Positions 37,364 to 46,259 of a stretch of DNA of 64,000 nucleotides are shown here, piece by piece. Each line of letters begins with the position of its first letter. The stretch's first letter is position 1. Location: assembly GCA_003153435.1 (NCBI GenBank), contig PLYR01000119.1, positions 20,542 to 84,541 on the forward strand, given 5' to 3'. The notes under the pieces were generated by a model that saw only the letters and a list, made by a program, of their open reading frames with translations, searched no databases and had not been told where the DNA came from. This stretch comes from Bacteroidota bacterium. GTDB taxonomy: Bacteria; Bacteroidota; Bacteroidia; Palsa-965. Both the position numbers and the translations under genes were made by a program.

Positions 37364-38596
37364 TTAAAACTGGTAAATGACAGAAAGCCCAATAGCTGAA
37401 ATATAGGTCTTATAAGTTCCGTTCAGTTGAAGGGCTATGTTATTGTCGGTACGCGTTAGATTTTCAAAAGTATAAGAGGCATCCAGGATTAGGTTCTTCA
37501 TCGGTCTGTAACCGAGTCCGCAGGCCAGATTAACTTTATTTGCATCGGGTACTTCAGGGGTAACGTATCCGTCCTTTATTGGAGTCAGGGAAAGGGCGGC
37601 ACCGGCACGTACGGTGAATTGATCATTCAGTTTGTATTGAGCTCCAAGACGAAATGCAAATGTGTTCTGATAATCCCTCGGAAGTTTGGTGTCCTGCAAG
37701 GTTGCTGTTGTGGTTTTATAGGTGAAAGCTAAGGTGTCGAGGCATTTCCATCCGATGAAGTTAGCGTCGAATGCGAGTGCCAATTTGGAATTAACCAAGT
37801 ATCCAAAACCAAGGGTTGCAACCTGTGGTAAGGGTAGGGAGGAAGTAAAGGGACCAGAAGGGAAATTGCTGGCTACAGAGGCAGGAACGGTAAAGGTGGC
37901 AGTACCGTTGCTTACCGACATATTCACCTGGGAACGGTAGGTAAGACCAACAGAAAGCTTATCCGTTGGTTTGTAATAAATTCCGGCATTGAAACCATAT
38001 CCATTTGCCGAACCTTTCAAATCGGCAGATCCGTAGTTGCCGTTGACTCCAAGAAGCGGGAGATCCTGCTTCAACTCCACATTCCCAGTAGCATACACAA
38101 ACCCGGCGCCGATCCCCAGTTTTTCACAGACCTTGTAGCTAACCGTTGGTTGAATAAAGATAGATTGGAGACTGAGATAGGTAAGGGCAAAACGGCCGGT
38201 CCACCCATTCTCCCAGCTGGCGATACTCCCAAAAGGAGTATAAACCCCAAGACCGAACTTGAAATTTTTGAGTTTGCTGGTGCTGTCTTTTACGCCCCAA
38301 ACGACATAACCTGTAAACGGAGTTGCAACCGGGGAATTGGTATGGTTGAGGGTGTGGCTGTCGGCATCCAGAAAGGTCCCGTTTGCGATTGTGGCTGTTA
38401 CCCCAACAGTAGCACTGTTCTCTTTCAGAAAGGAAACACCGCCTGGATTAAAAAAGACGGCGGCAGCATCCTGAATGAGTCCGGTACCTGCACCGGCCAT
38501 GCCTTGTTGTTTTTGTCCCTGAAGATTTACCTGAAATCCTTGAGCGTGAATAAAGTGAGGTAAGAAAATAATCAAACCTATGTATAGTCTCTTCAT
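37364..38596 (-). CDS. fadL: OmpP1/FadL long-chain fatty acid transporter
   Basis: GFQVNLQG...GMAGAG...DAAAVFFNPGG N-terminal hatch, alternating barrel strands, terminal YQF. ATG at 38596 (MKRLYIG) gives a normal signal peptide. Confidence 0.9.
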   Translation of the reverse strand: MKRLYIGLIIFLPHFIHAQGFQVNLQGQKQQGMAGAGTGLIQDAAAVFFNPGGVSFLKENSATVGVTATIANGTFLDADSHTLNHTNSPVATPFTGYVVWGVKDSTSKLKNFKFGLGVYTPFGSIASWENGWTGRFALTYLSLQSIFIQPTVSYKVCEKLGIGAGFVYATGNVELKQDLPLLGVNGNYGSADLKGSANGYGFNAGIYYKPTDKLSVGLTYRSQVNMSVSNGTATFTVPASVASNFPSGPFTSSLPLPQVATLGFGYLVNSKLALAFDANFIGWKCLDTLAFTYKTTTATLQDTKLPRDYQNTFAFRLGAQYKLNDQFTVRAGAALSLTPIKDGYVTPEVPDANKVNLACGLGYRPMKNLILDASYTFENLTRTDNNIALQLNGTYKTYISAIGLSVIYQF

Positions 38597-38738
38597 CAAT
38601 GAATTATATTGTTGTTGTTTGGTCTCGTAATGAACTGAATATGTCAATAATTACAATAATGCTATGGGAAGGTAAAGAAACAAAGATCACCTCTTTTTAT
38701 GAATGCAACTTGTATGTTTCTGCTGCTAACTGCAGGAT

Positions 38739-38746
38739 CGCAAAGT
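38739..38746 (-). promoter_or_regulatory. Bacteroidota -7 element (TAACTTTG) for the fadL operon
   Basis: Exact TAnnTTTG match on the minus strand upstream of fadL. Confidence 0.5.
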
Positions 38747-38823
38747 TAACCCATTTTTTTTCTAATTCTTCAGGACGTGGAAGGACTATTAGTGTATTTT
38801 TATACCATAAATACTTTTAAAAA

Positions 38824-39366
38824 ATGAAAAAACTGCTTATTCTTCTTTCTTTTACCGGATTATCAGTCCTGTTGCCATTAAGTGGGCATGCCCAGGTAGG
38901 TAAAATGTTTCCTTCGCTTACCGGTGAAACTCTGGATGGAACTCCGATTACGATGCCTGATAAAGCCAAAGGAAAATACACACTCATAGGAATGGCTCAT
39001 TCTTCAGATGCGGAGCAAGACCTTCAAACCTGGATGGATCCTATATATCAGAAATATATCGCAAAGACCGGCCTGCTTGATGCGGCCGAAGATGTGAATG
39101 TGTATTTTATACCTATGTTCAGCGGAAGCAGTATGCCTTTCTACGATAAGAGCAAAAAACAGATGAAAGAGACTACTCAGAAGGACCTGCAGTCACATGT
39201 CATCTTTTATAAAGGAGAGATTACCACTTACAAAACAGTGCTTTCCATTGAGAAAAAGGATACCCCCTATATATTTCTTCTGGATGCAACCGGAAAAATT
39301 GTCTATACGACGAGTGGAAACTGGACGGAAGCAAAGATGGACGAGATTGACGAAAAAATTCAATAA
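38824..39366 (+). CDS. Exported hypothetical protein, thioredoxin-like fold without CxxC
   Basis: Signal peptide; FPSLTGETLDG...P...KGKYTLI and PYIFLLDATGKIVY match redoxin-fold termini; no Cys in the mature chain. Confidence 0.7.
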   Translation: MKKLLILLSFTGLSVLLPLSGHAQVGKMFPSLTGETLDGTPITMPDKAKGKYTLIGMAHSSDAEQDLQTWMDPIYQKYIAKTGLLDAAEDVNVYFIPMFSGSSMPFYDKSKKQMKETTQKDLQSHVIFYKGEITTYKTVLSIEKKDTPYIFLLDATGKIVYTTSGNWTEAKMDEIDEKIQ

Positions 39367-39405
39367 CACTCTTGCAGGGATTAAATCAGAGATATTAAAA
39401 ACAAT

Positions 39406-39442
39406 AAAAACGCCTTCCTGTTCATTACAGGAAGGCGTTTTT
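39406..39442. terminator. Bidirectional intrinsic terminator
   Basis: AAAAACGCCTTCCTGT-TCATT-ACAGGAAGGCGTTTTT between convergent genes. Confidence 0.85.
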
Positions 39443-39459
39443 TATTTATATAGTGATAC

Positions 39460-39630
39460 CTAGGCGATAACCTTGGCATTCGGATATTTTGTCATCCATA
39501 AGGCAACAGCTGCTTTACTTCTTACAATAATCATCGTGCGGTAATCAAGCTGGAGTTTTATCTGTTCCCCTAATTGTTTTACAATTCCCTTGGCTTCTTT
39601 TTTCGCTTCTTTTTTTATTTCCTTTTTCAT
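39460..39630 (-). CDS. Small hypothetical protein (56 aa)
   Basis: MKKEIKKEAKKEAKGIVKQLGEQIKLQLDYRTMIIVRSKAAVALWMTKYPNAKVIA; A-rich context before the ATG at 39630; ends just before a terminator. Confidence 0.6.
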   Translation of the reverse strand: MKKEIKKEAKKEAKGIVKQLGEQIKLQLDYRTMIIVRSKAAVALWMTKYPNAKVIA

Positions 39631-39778
39631 AAATATGGTTAGTTTAAGTGTTAAGTCCTGATTAGTGTTTCTTTCTATTATTGTAAACGCAACAAGCGTT
39701 CCAATATTTGAATCTTTGGACTTACTTAACATATTTTAACAAGAAAAGAAAGCAGGAAGGATTGTAAGTGACTGGCTA

Positions 39779-41017
39779 TCAGATTAAATTCGAATTATTT
39801 GGTCTGGAGTAGACCATTTGCATGACATAGATATTGCGCATACTGAAAGCCGCTTCACAGTAGGAAAAGTAATAATTCCATTTACGAATGAACTCATCAT
39901 CAAACCCCAGCTTTTTAACCTCTTCCAAGCGCTTGTTAAATCGTTGCTGCCAGATGCCCAGGGTTTTGGAGTAGTGAAGGCCAATATCCTTGAGATTAAC
40001 AAGGCTCAGGTCGCTGGTGTTATTGATTGCTTTGTTGATAGCTGCTACAGATGGAAGTAAGGTGCCAGGGAAGATGTGTTTTTGGATCCAATCCACTCCT
40101 TTTCGAAGGCTGTCATAGCGGGAATCAGGACAGGTAATTACCTGCAGAGCAAGAACACCTCCCTTATTTAATAATTCATGACATCGTTTGAAGAAGAGTT
40201 CCAGAAAGTCATGTCCAACAGCTTCGAGCATCTCAATGGATACAATCTTGTCAAAACTTCCTTCAATAAGTCTATAATCAGCAAGTTCTATGCTTACCCG
40301 GTCAGAAAGTCCAGCTTCAGCAACCCTTTCTTTCGCAAGCTTATACTGTTCTTCAGAGATGGTAATACTCGTTACTCTGCACCCGTATGTTTGAGCCATA
40401 AAAATGGCATTCCCACCCCAGCCGCTTCCAATTTCAAGCACATGATCTGAAGATTGAAGATTTAGGCGGGAAGCTAATCGCTCATATTTGGCAAGCTGTG
40501 CTTCCTCTAGACTCATATTGTCCTTGTTGAAATAAGCCGACGAATAGGTCATGGTCGGGTCAAGAAAGAGTGCGAAAAAATCGTTATGAAGATCGTAATG
40601 CTCGGAGATGTTCTTGCGTGAACCACTCAGACTGTTTGACCTATTGCGGTGATAGATTCGGTTGAAAAAACGAAGTAGGTTGAGTGCAAAAGTCCTGGAC
40701 CGGCTACCGGAGACAGAAGGAGCTTGATCGATATTAAGGAGAAACCATCGGATGACCTCCGTTATATTAGTGGTTTCCCAGAGACCATCAGTATAAGCCT
40801 CTCCGAAACCAATATCACCATAAAGGAAGGCCCTTCTAAAAAAATCAGGGTCCTTTATGGTTATGTCCGCTCTGATATTTCCTTCTCCGTTTCCAAGGGT
40901 GAGCTTTTGCCCTCCTGGAAGGATGAGGTCCAGTGAACCCAGAGGCATTTTCTGAAGAGCACCAAGAATGGCACGTTCATAAAATCCCGGACGATAATTT
41001 AAAGCTAATGAATTCAT
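39779..41017 (-). CDS. cfa: Cyclopropane-fatty-acyl-phospholipid synthase family SAM methyltransferase (long form, UfaM-like)
   Basis: GDIGFGEAY, NISEHYDLHNDFFALFLDPTMTYSSA, LEIGSGWG, SIEMLEAVG, WNYYFSYCEAAF. Confidence 0.93.
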   Translation of the reverse strand: MNSLALNYRPGFYERAILGALQKMPLGSLDLILPGGQKLTLGNGEGNIRADITIKDPDFFRRAFLYGDIGFGEAYTDGLWETTNITEVIRWFLLNIDQAPSVSGSRSRTFALNLLRFFNRIYHRNRSNSLSGSRKNISEHYDLHNDFFALFLDPTMTYSSAYFNKDNMSLEEAQLAKYERLASRLNLQSSDHVLEIGSGWGGNAIFMAQTYGCRVTSITISEEQYKLAKERVAEAGLSDRVSIELADYRLIEGSFDKIVSIEMLEAVGHDFLELFFKRCHELLNKGGVLALQVITCPDSRYDSLRKGVDWIQKHIFPGTLLPSVAAINKAINNTSDLSLVNLKDIGLHYSKTLGIWQQRFNKRLEEVKKLGFDDEFIRKWNYYFSYCEAAFSMRNIYVMQMVYSRPNNSNLI

Positions 41018-41061
41018 TAAAATGATCTTAATCTGCTAAGTTATAAAAATTGAAGGAAATA

Positions 41062-42111
41062 TTATTGAAAATCAGGATCAGCAAAGCGCCTGTCGTATAA
41101 AAAGGCTTTGTCTGTCAGAGTAAGTAGGAATGCGACGAGCTCATCCTTTTCCCTTTCTGTGAGAGTCCCGATTTTTTGAAGAGAACGGTCGGCTCCAACA
41201 TCAAAATTTTCAGGGTTGGAATAGTGATTGACAACATCCCTCAGTTTTTGAAAGCGGCCATCATGCATATAGGGATAGGTCATTTCTATATTCCTCAATC
41301 CGGGAACCTGGAATCTGTACTTGTCCTCTTCGATTCCTGTAATTTTGGCTCTACCTTCATCTTTCAATGAAGGGTCGGGTTTCAACCCATTATTACGGTA
41401 TGAATTATCGGTGAACAATGGCTCCTTATGGCAATTCTCGCACTTACTTCTGAAAATCTTCAACCCGTTCATTTCTGCCACAGAAAAGGTGTCCTTGCCT
41501 TCCTGGAATCGGTCATACCTGGATCCACCAGAGATCATGAGTCCGGTAAACTGGGCAATGGATTGAAGAAGACGTTTTGAGTCAATGATTGTATCATGAA
41601 ATGCATTTTGAAAGAGCACAACATATTTCTTGTCATGCTTCAGCTTTGAAATTACATTTTCAAGAGTCTCATCCATTTCGATGGGGTTGGTAATCGGACT
41701 TAGAGGCTGTAGTTCAATGTTATTGACACCTCCATCCCACATATAAGCATCTTTCCAGATAAGATTCTGAAGAGCGGGAACATTCCGGGTCCCAATTTTT
41801 GCATAGATACCGTGGCTAAGGGAATGATCTATATGGGCAAAGGCAGCTATTCGCTGATGGCAACTCCCGCAACTTACAGAGTTATCTTTGGAGAGGATCT
41901 TGTCATAAAAAAGGGTTCTTCCGAGGGTGAAGATCTCCGGGGTCAACCGATTTGTCTTAAAGTTATAGACAGGACGAGGGAACCCAGCAGGGACTTTCAG
42001 CTTCACATCTTCTGCTGAGATCCTGAAATATGGATTATCATCCATAAAACCTGAGGAGATTACAATTATCCCAGTCAAGAACAATAACCCGGTGACAATC
42101 TTAGTTTTCAC
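41062..42111 (-). CDS. mbnH: MbnH/MauG-family diheme cytochrome c peroxidase
   Basis: Two heme motifs (SCGSCH, CENCH), LGRTLFYD, FQVPGLRNI...PYMHDGRF; overlaps an upstream MbnP-family gene. Confidence 0.88.
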   Translation of the reverse strand: MKTKIVTGLLFLTGIIVISSGFMDDNPYFRISAEDVKLKVPAGFPRPVYNFKTNRLTPEIFTLGRTLFYDKILSKDNSVSCGSCHQRIAAFAHIDHSLSHGIYAKIGTRNVPALQNLIWKDAYMWDGGVNNIELQPLSPITNPIEMDETLENVISKLKHDKKYVVLFQNAFHDTIIDSKRLLQSIAQFTGLMISGGSRYDRFQEGKDTFSVAEMNGLKIFRSKCENCHKEPLFTDNSYRNNGLKPDPSLKDEGRAKITGIEEDKYRFQVPGLRNIEMTYPYMHDGRFQKLRDVVNHYSNPENFDVGADRSLQKIGTLTEREKDELVAFLLTLTDKAFLYDRRFADPDFQ

Positions 42112-42868
42112 GGTGGATGTTTAGGAGGCTGAACATATCCTGATAGTTATTGGCAATGGTCGTTGAATTGTGAAAATCGGTAACAGAGGAAAGTTTTGAG
42201 AAGTCTATAGACACGGGATTCTTTAATATTTCCAGTATGTCCGCCTTTAGCTCTATGGATTTGTTTCCAGGCTCACTGCCAATGAAAAGCTTTCCAGGGA
42301 AAGCAATTTTTATTTTACGGATACAATTATACGGGCTCTTGTATCCTCCGATGTGATATTCAAGCATATTGCCCGAAGAAGCAGAAGAAGGTGATTTACC
42401 TTCCAGCTTTAAAAAAACGTATCCGCTGTTCCAGGCCCAGAACATGGCATTTACAGGATCCAGAGCCCCTGATTGTGCTCCGTTGCAATTGTGAAGACTA
42501 TCAACCCCTAGGATAAACTCCATGGAAGAATAGGAATCTTCGGGAACGGGAGATAGGGTGATCTTTTTGGTTTTCTCATCGCGATCATCGATCAGAAAAG
42601 AAGAGTTGACCTCGAAATCCCCTCCTTTTTCTCTGATTAGATGAATATTGCTGATATAATATTTAAGCTTTGTGATCCTGAAGGATTGGCCCAGGTCATT
42701 TTTGTAAACTGCAGAATCGAGCATTAAAGCATCCATTCCGGCAAAATGGCGGAATTGAATGGTGACCTTATGTTGCTCAGTGCCCGGATAGTGATTTCTT
42801 AAAGTAAATGAAAGCACCAGTATGCTAATCCCGAGCCAGAAGCTTAATTTCAGAATGTTATTCAGCAA
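42101..42868 (-). CDS. mbnP: MbnP-family protein
   Basis: LKYYISNI, FILGVDS..N, and the hallmark WxW segment MFWAWNSGYVFLKLEG followed by YHIGG. Confidence 0.88.
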   Translation of the reverse strand: MLNNILKLSFWLGISILVLSFTLRNHYPGTEQHKVTIQFRHFAGMDALMLDSAVYKNDLGQSFRITKLKYYISNIHLIREKGGDFEVNSSFLIDDRDEKTKKITLSPVPEDSYSSMEFILGVDSLHNCNGAQSGALDPVNAMFWAWNSGYVFLKLEGKSPSSASSGNMLEYHIGGYKSPYNCIRKIKIAFPGKLFIGSEPGNKSIELKADILEILKNPVSIDFSKLSSVTDFHNSTTIANNYQDMFSLLNIHREN

Positions 42869-42879
42869 GCGGCCATTCT

Positions 42880-44172
42880 TTAATTCTGTTTGATTATTTT
42901 GCAGGTAGATCTTTGTTGATCAGCTTCAAGTACTAATAAGTATATTCCGTCCGGCAAACCGGTCAGATCAAGTGTATATGCCAGGCTCGGTTGCAGGAAA
43001 TCAATACTTTGAACCTGTTTCCCGTCAGAATCAAAGAGCTTGGCATTCACATTGTTTTTACTGGTTTTGTCCATATAAATGAAGACATAATTCTGAGCAG
43101 GGTTCGGTATCGCCTGAAACCGGATTTTATCATTACTCATCTCGTTGATCCCGGCGGAAGGAGTGTATACCGTTGTAGATTCCGTTATGGTTACATGACT
43201 CCCTCCGGGCCCTGTATTGCCAGACTGTACTGTTCCATAATATGTGGGTCCTATGACAAATGGGTAAGCTGGATTGCCTGTTGCATCGAGGGTTACGAAA
43301 TAGGCATAGGTACCGGAGGGATATTCAGGTGTAACGCAGAAACGACCATTGTGATCATCCAGATCTCCGGACCCTGCTGTGTAAATATAATCCTCACACA
43401 TATTTCCGAGGGGATAAGTGGAGTTCACCGGAGGCCCTCCGGTTCTTGTTGTTGGTGTGGAAGGTGTGGACGCTGCGGTTGATGCATTAGCTCCGGTCAA
43501 AACAAGGCCCGTGTCAGCAGCTAATACATAACTGCTCACCATCCGCTTAATTGCTCCGGTGCCATTTGTATTGGTATACGCATATGCCCCGTAAACGGGG
43601 AATCCATCAAATGCATAACCAATGATCGGGGAATGAACAGTAGTTAAAGTTGAGTTGTAGAGGCAACTTGGGTTTACATGATTATGATAAGCTCCATTCG
43701 GAGCAGGGTGGCCCAGACAATTATCAAAACTTACACCTTCATATACGAGGGCATTACGGTTAAAGCCGGTTGTAGTAGCTCCATTCGTGAATGCAGATCC
43801 GCTCCAGTACTGTCCGTCTTTAGGGTTAAAAATAGCCACTCCATTACTCCAGAGACCAGTATTACCAAGGGAGGTATAGATAGGCGCACCTGAATTCTGG
43901 ACCGGAGCACGGGTAAATTTGCAAACGAAGTTTTGATTGGTAGGTACGTTGGGGTTTGAAACCCAAGGGCCGATACTATAGCCAGGGATACAAGATGCAC
44001 TTACATAGACCTGGGTTGCAGAGTACTGTACAGTCTGTACATTAGAAGGTAAATTATTGTAGCCTGTCGCTCCGGTTGTGTTGATCACCCAGGAATTGAT
44101 TTCAGGTGTAATCTGTGCCTCCGAACAGGTAGCCAGGAGGAATAATAATGCGAAGGATAAAATGTTTTTCAT
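42880..44172 (-). CDS. YHYH-domain protein with T9SS type A CTD
   Basis: GHPAPNGAYHNH, HSPIIGYAFDGFPVYG, DLDDHNGRFCVTPEYPSGTYAYFVT; CTD (IPNPAQ...GIYLLVL...KIIKQN). Confidence 0.87.
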   Translation of the reverse strand: MKNILSFALLFLLATCSEAQITPEINSWVINTTGATGYNNLPSNVQTVQYSATQVYVSASCIPGYSIGPWVSNPNVPTNQNFVCKFTRAPVQNSGAPIYTSLGNTGLWSNGVAIFNPKDGQYWSGSAFTNGATTTGFNRNALVYEGVSFDNCLGHPAPNGAYHNHVNPSCLYNSTLTTVHSPIIGYAFDGFPVYGAYAYTNTNGTGAIKRMVSSYVLAADTGLVLTGANASTAASTPSTPTTRTGGPPVNSTYPLGNMCEDYIYTAGSGDLDDHNGRFCVTPEYPSGTYAYFVTLDATGNPAYPFVIGPTYYGTVQSGNTGPGGSHVTITESTTVYTPSAGINEMSNDKIRFQAIPNPAQNYVFIYMDKTSKNNVNAKLFDSDGKQVQSIDFLQPSLAYTLDLTGLPDGIYLLVLEADQQRSTCKIIKQN

Positions 44173-44212
44173 AATTTGAATGATTAAAGATGAAATTCTT
44201 TTGCAAATATCA

Positions 44213-45013
44213 TTATTTCCTTGTTTCGTAAGAATTAAAGACTTCCCGCTGAAGTTCAGGCTGTTCTCCCTTCTTCCTGTAGGGGATCTTTTTCATCCAT
44301 AGCTTCATAGCATTCCAGTGGATTAGGACTATGACTTTGATAGTGATCATGGGTATTGAAAAAAAATAACGAAGCATGTTTGCATCTGTCAGCATATCTC
44401 TTTTTCCAGTCAGAGTGCTTATGAATATTTTTCGATCGTCCTTAAGATCATCTATTTTAATAAAGAGTTTTTCGCCGGGCAGTGGAAGATTAAAATCGAA
44501 GTTGGTATCATGGTCAAAGAAAGGAGAAACATAAAAATACTTGGTAGTATTAAAATGAAAAGCTCCTGCAGCGAACGTTTCCTTTCCTAAAAAGTAGGGT
44601 TTCATCTCTCGGAAAGTATTACTTATTTCTACAACAGCACAGAGTGCCTCACCTTGCTTGTCGTAACAAAAATAAAAAGAAACGGGGTTGAAGTTGTAGC
44701 CTAGTGTGTTCAGGTTGGTCAGGAGCATAATCTTTCCGGGTTCTTCCAGGACTTCATTTTCCTTCAGATACGCAATCAGATGTTCCCTGATATTTTTATT
44801 CGAATCAGGCTTTTCCCTTGGAAGTTGAATATGCTCACTATCTTTAAAATTGAAGATATTGAATTTGTTGCGGCTCAGAAAACGAAAACGGGAGGAAAGC
44901 TCATCAATTTCGTCGAGATCAAGATAAAATAAATAAATATTGTAATGAAAGCTATGCTTCTTTGGCTCCAGCCTGTGGTGCATGACATGGGCTTTGTATA
45001 GACAGCTATTCAT
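44213..45013 (-). CDS. DUF1365 protein (UfaO-like)
   Basis: VMHHRLEPKKHSFHY, GYNFNPVSFYFC, EISNTFRE, FYVSPF, IHWNAMKLWMK. ATG at 45013 overlaps the upstream stop by 8 nt. Confidence 0.92.
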   Translation of the reverse strand: MNSCLYKAHVMHHRLEPKKHSFHYNIYLFYLDLDEIDELSSRFRFLSRNKFNIFNFKDSEHIQLPREKPDSNKNIREHLIAYLKENEVLEEPGKIMLLTNLNTLGYNFNPVSFYFCYDKQGEALCAVVEISNTFREMKPYFLGKETFAAGAFHFNTTKYFYVSPFFDHDTNFDFNLPLPGEKLFIKIDDLKDDRKIFISTLTGKRDMLTDANMLRYFFSIPMITIKVIVLIHWNAMKLWMKKIPYRKKGEQPELQREVFNSYETRK

Positions 45014-46256
45014 GAAGGAGTGTTTGGCAGAGTTCAACAGCAGATGAATATGCATCTTCGTGAAAACCGTATTTGAAATAACTTCCACAAAAATAAAGCG
45101 GTCCATTTTGATTTAATGAAGGCAATTCTTTCTGGGCTTTCAAGGCACTTATATCAAAGAGGGGGTGTTCATATCGGATACGGCTAATAACCTTCTCTTC
45201 TTTTACAGAACCCGGATCACCGATAGAAACAAAATAGTTTTTTTTCTTTGAAACACCCTGGAGGCTGTTCATCCAGTATACAGTGCTGGGGTTCGGTTTC
45301 CCTTCGTGCATCTGAATTCGATAATTCCAACTCGACCAAGTCTTACGGGTTGCCGGCATAAGTGATTCATCGGTATGCACGGTTGCTATATTCTCATTGT
45401 AGTGGAAAGGTTGGAGTAGCATTTGTTCCTTTGGAGACGGATTTTTTATGATCCCCAGGGCTTGATCGGCATGACAGGCAAAAATCACTTTATCATAGGT
45501 GTCTTCAGTCTGGCCAGAAGTACAAACGACGGCCTTGTCATTTTCAAGCCTTACCTCCTTAACTTCAGAGTTGGTTTTGATTCTATCCCGGAAAGGTTGA
45601 ATCAGAATTTCTCTGTAGGATTGGCTGCCATTCTCCAGGGTGTACCACTGGTGCTGTGTGTCCAGGCCCAGGAAACCATGATTTTTGAAGAAACGGATCA
45701 AGCTTATAACCGGAAAGTCAAGCATCTTGTCCATAGGGGTAGACCAAACGGCAGAGCTCATTGGAATTAAATATTTCCAAAGCATATCTTCTCCAAAGCC
45801 GAATGCCTGAATATAGTCCTTCAATGAATATTCAGCATAGTCAGGGTCATCCAGGATACGGATACTTGTTTTGTTAAAGCGGTTAATTTCCATCAGCATT
45901 TTTATATAAGAAGGCTTGAACAGATTCTTTCGCTGAGCAAATAATCCATCCAGCCCTGACCCGCAGAATTCTAATCCACTAGGAAGATGCTGTACACTGA
46001 AAGACATTTCGGTTTTCTTAACTGGAGCTTTTATTTCTTCAAATAGTTTGCAGAGATTAGGGTAAGTTTCATAATTAAAGACCATGAAACCGGTATCGAA
46101 ATAAACCGGTGTCCCTTCTTCATCTATAGTTATGGTATTGGTGTGACCACCTACATAATTGTTTTGTTCGAAAAGGGTTATGTCATAATGCTTGTGCAGA
46201 AGGTGGGCACAACCCATTCCGGCTATTCCTGTACCGATGATTGCTAGTTTTTGCAA
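45006..46256 (-). CDS. FAD-dependent oxidoreductase (UfaD-like, amine-oxidase fold)
   Basis: IIGTGIAG dinucleotide fold, VGGHTNT, DTGFMVFN..TYPNL, WSSWNY, YEHP, GFHED. Confidence 0.92.
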   Translation of the reverse strand: MQKLAIIGTGIAGMGCAHLLHKHYDITLFEQNNYVGGHTNTITIDEEGTPVYFDTGFMVFNYETYPNLCKLFEEIKAPVKKTEMSFSVQHLPSGLEFCGSGLDGLFAQRKNLFKPSYIKMLMEINRFNKTSIRILDDPDYAEYSLKDYIQAFGFGEDMLWKYLIPMSSAVWSTPMDKMLDFPVISLIRFFKNHGFLGLDTQHQWYTLENGSQSYREILIQPFRDRIKTNSEVKEVRLENDKAVVCTSGQTEDTYDKVIFACHADQALGIIKNPSPKEQMLLQPFHYNENIATVHTDESLMPATRKTWSSWNYRIQMHEGKPNPSTVYWMNSLQGVSKKKNYFVSIGDPGSVKEEKVISRIRYEHPLFDISALKAQKELPSLNQNGPLYFCGSYFKYGFHEDAYSSAVELCQTLLHE

Positions 46257-46259
46257 GGC

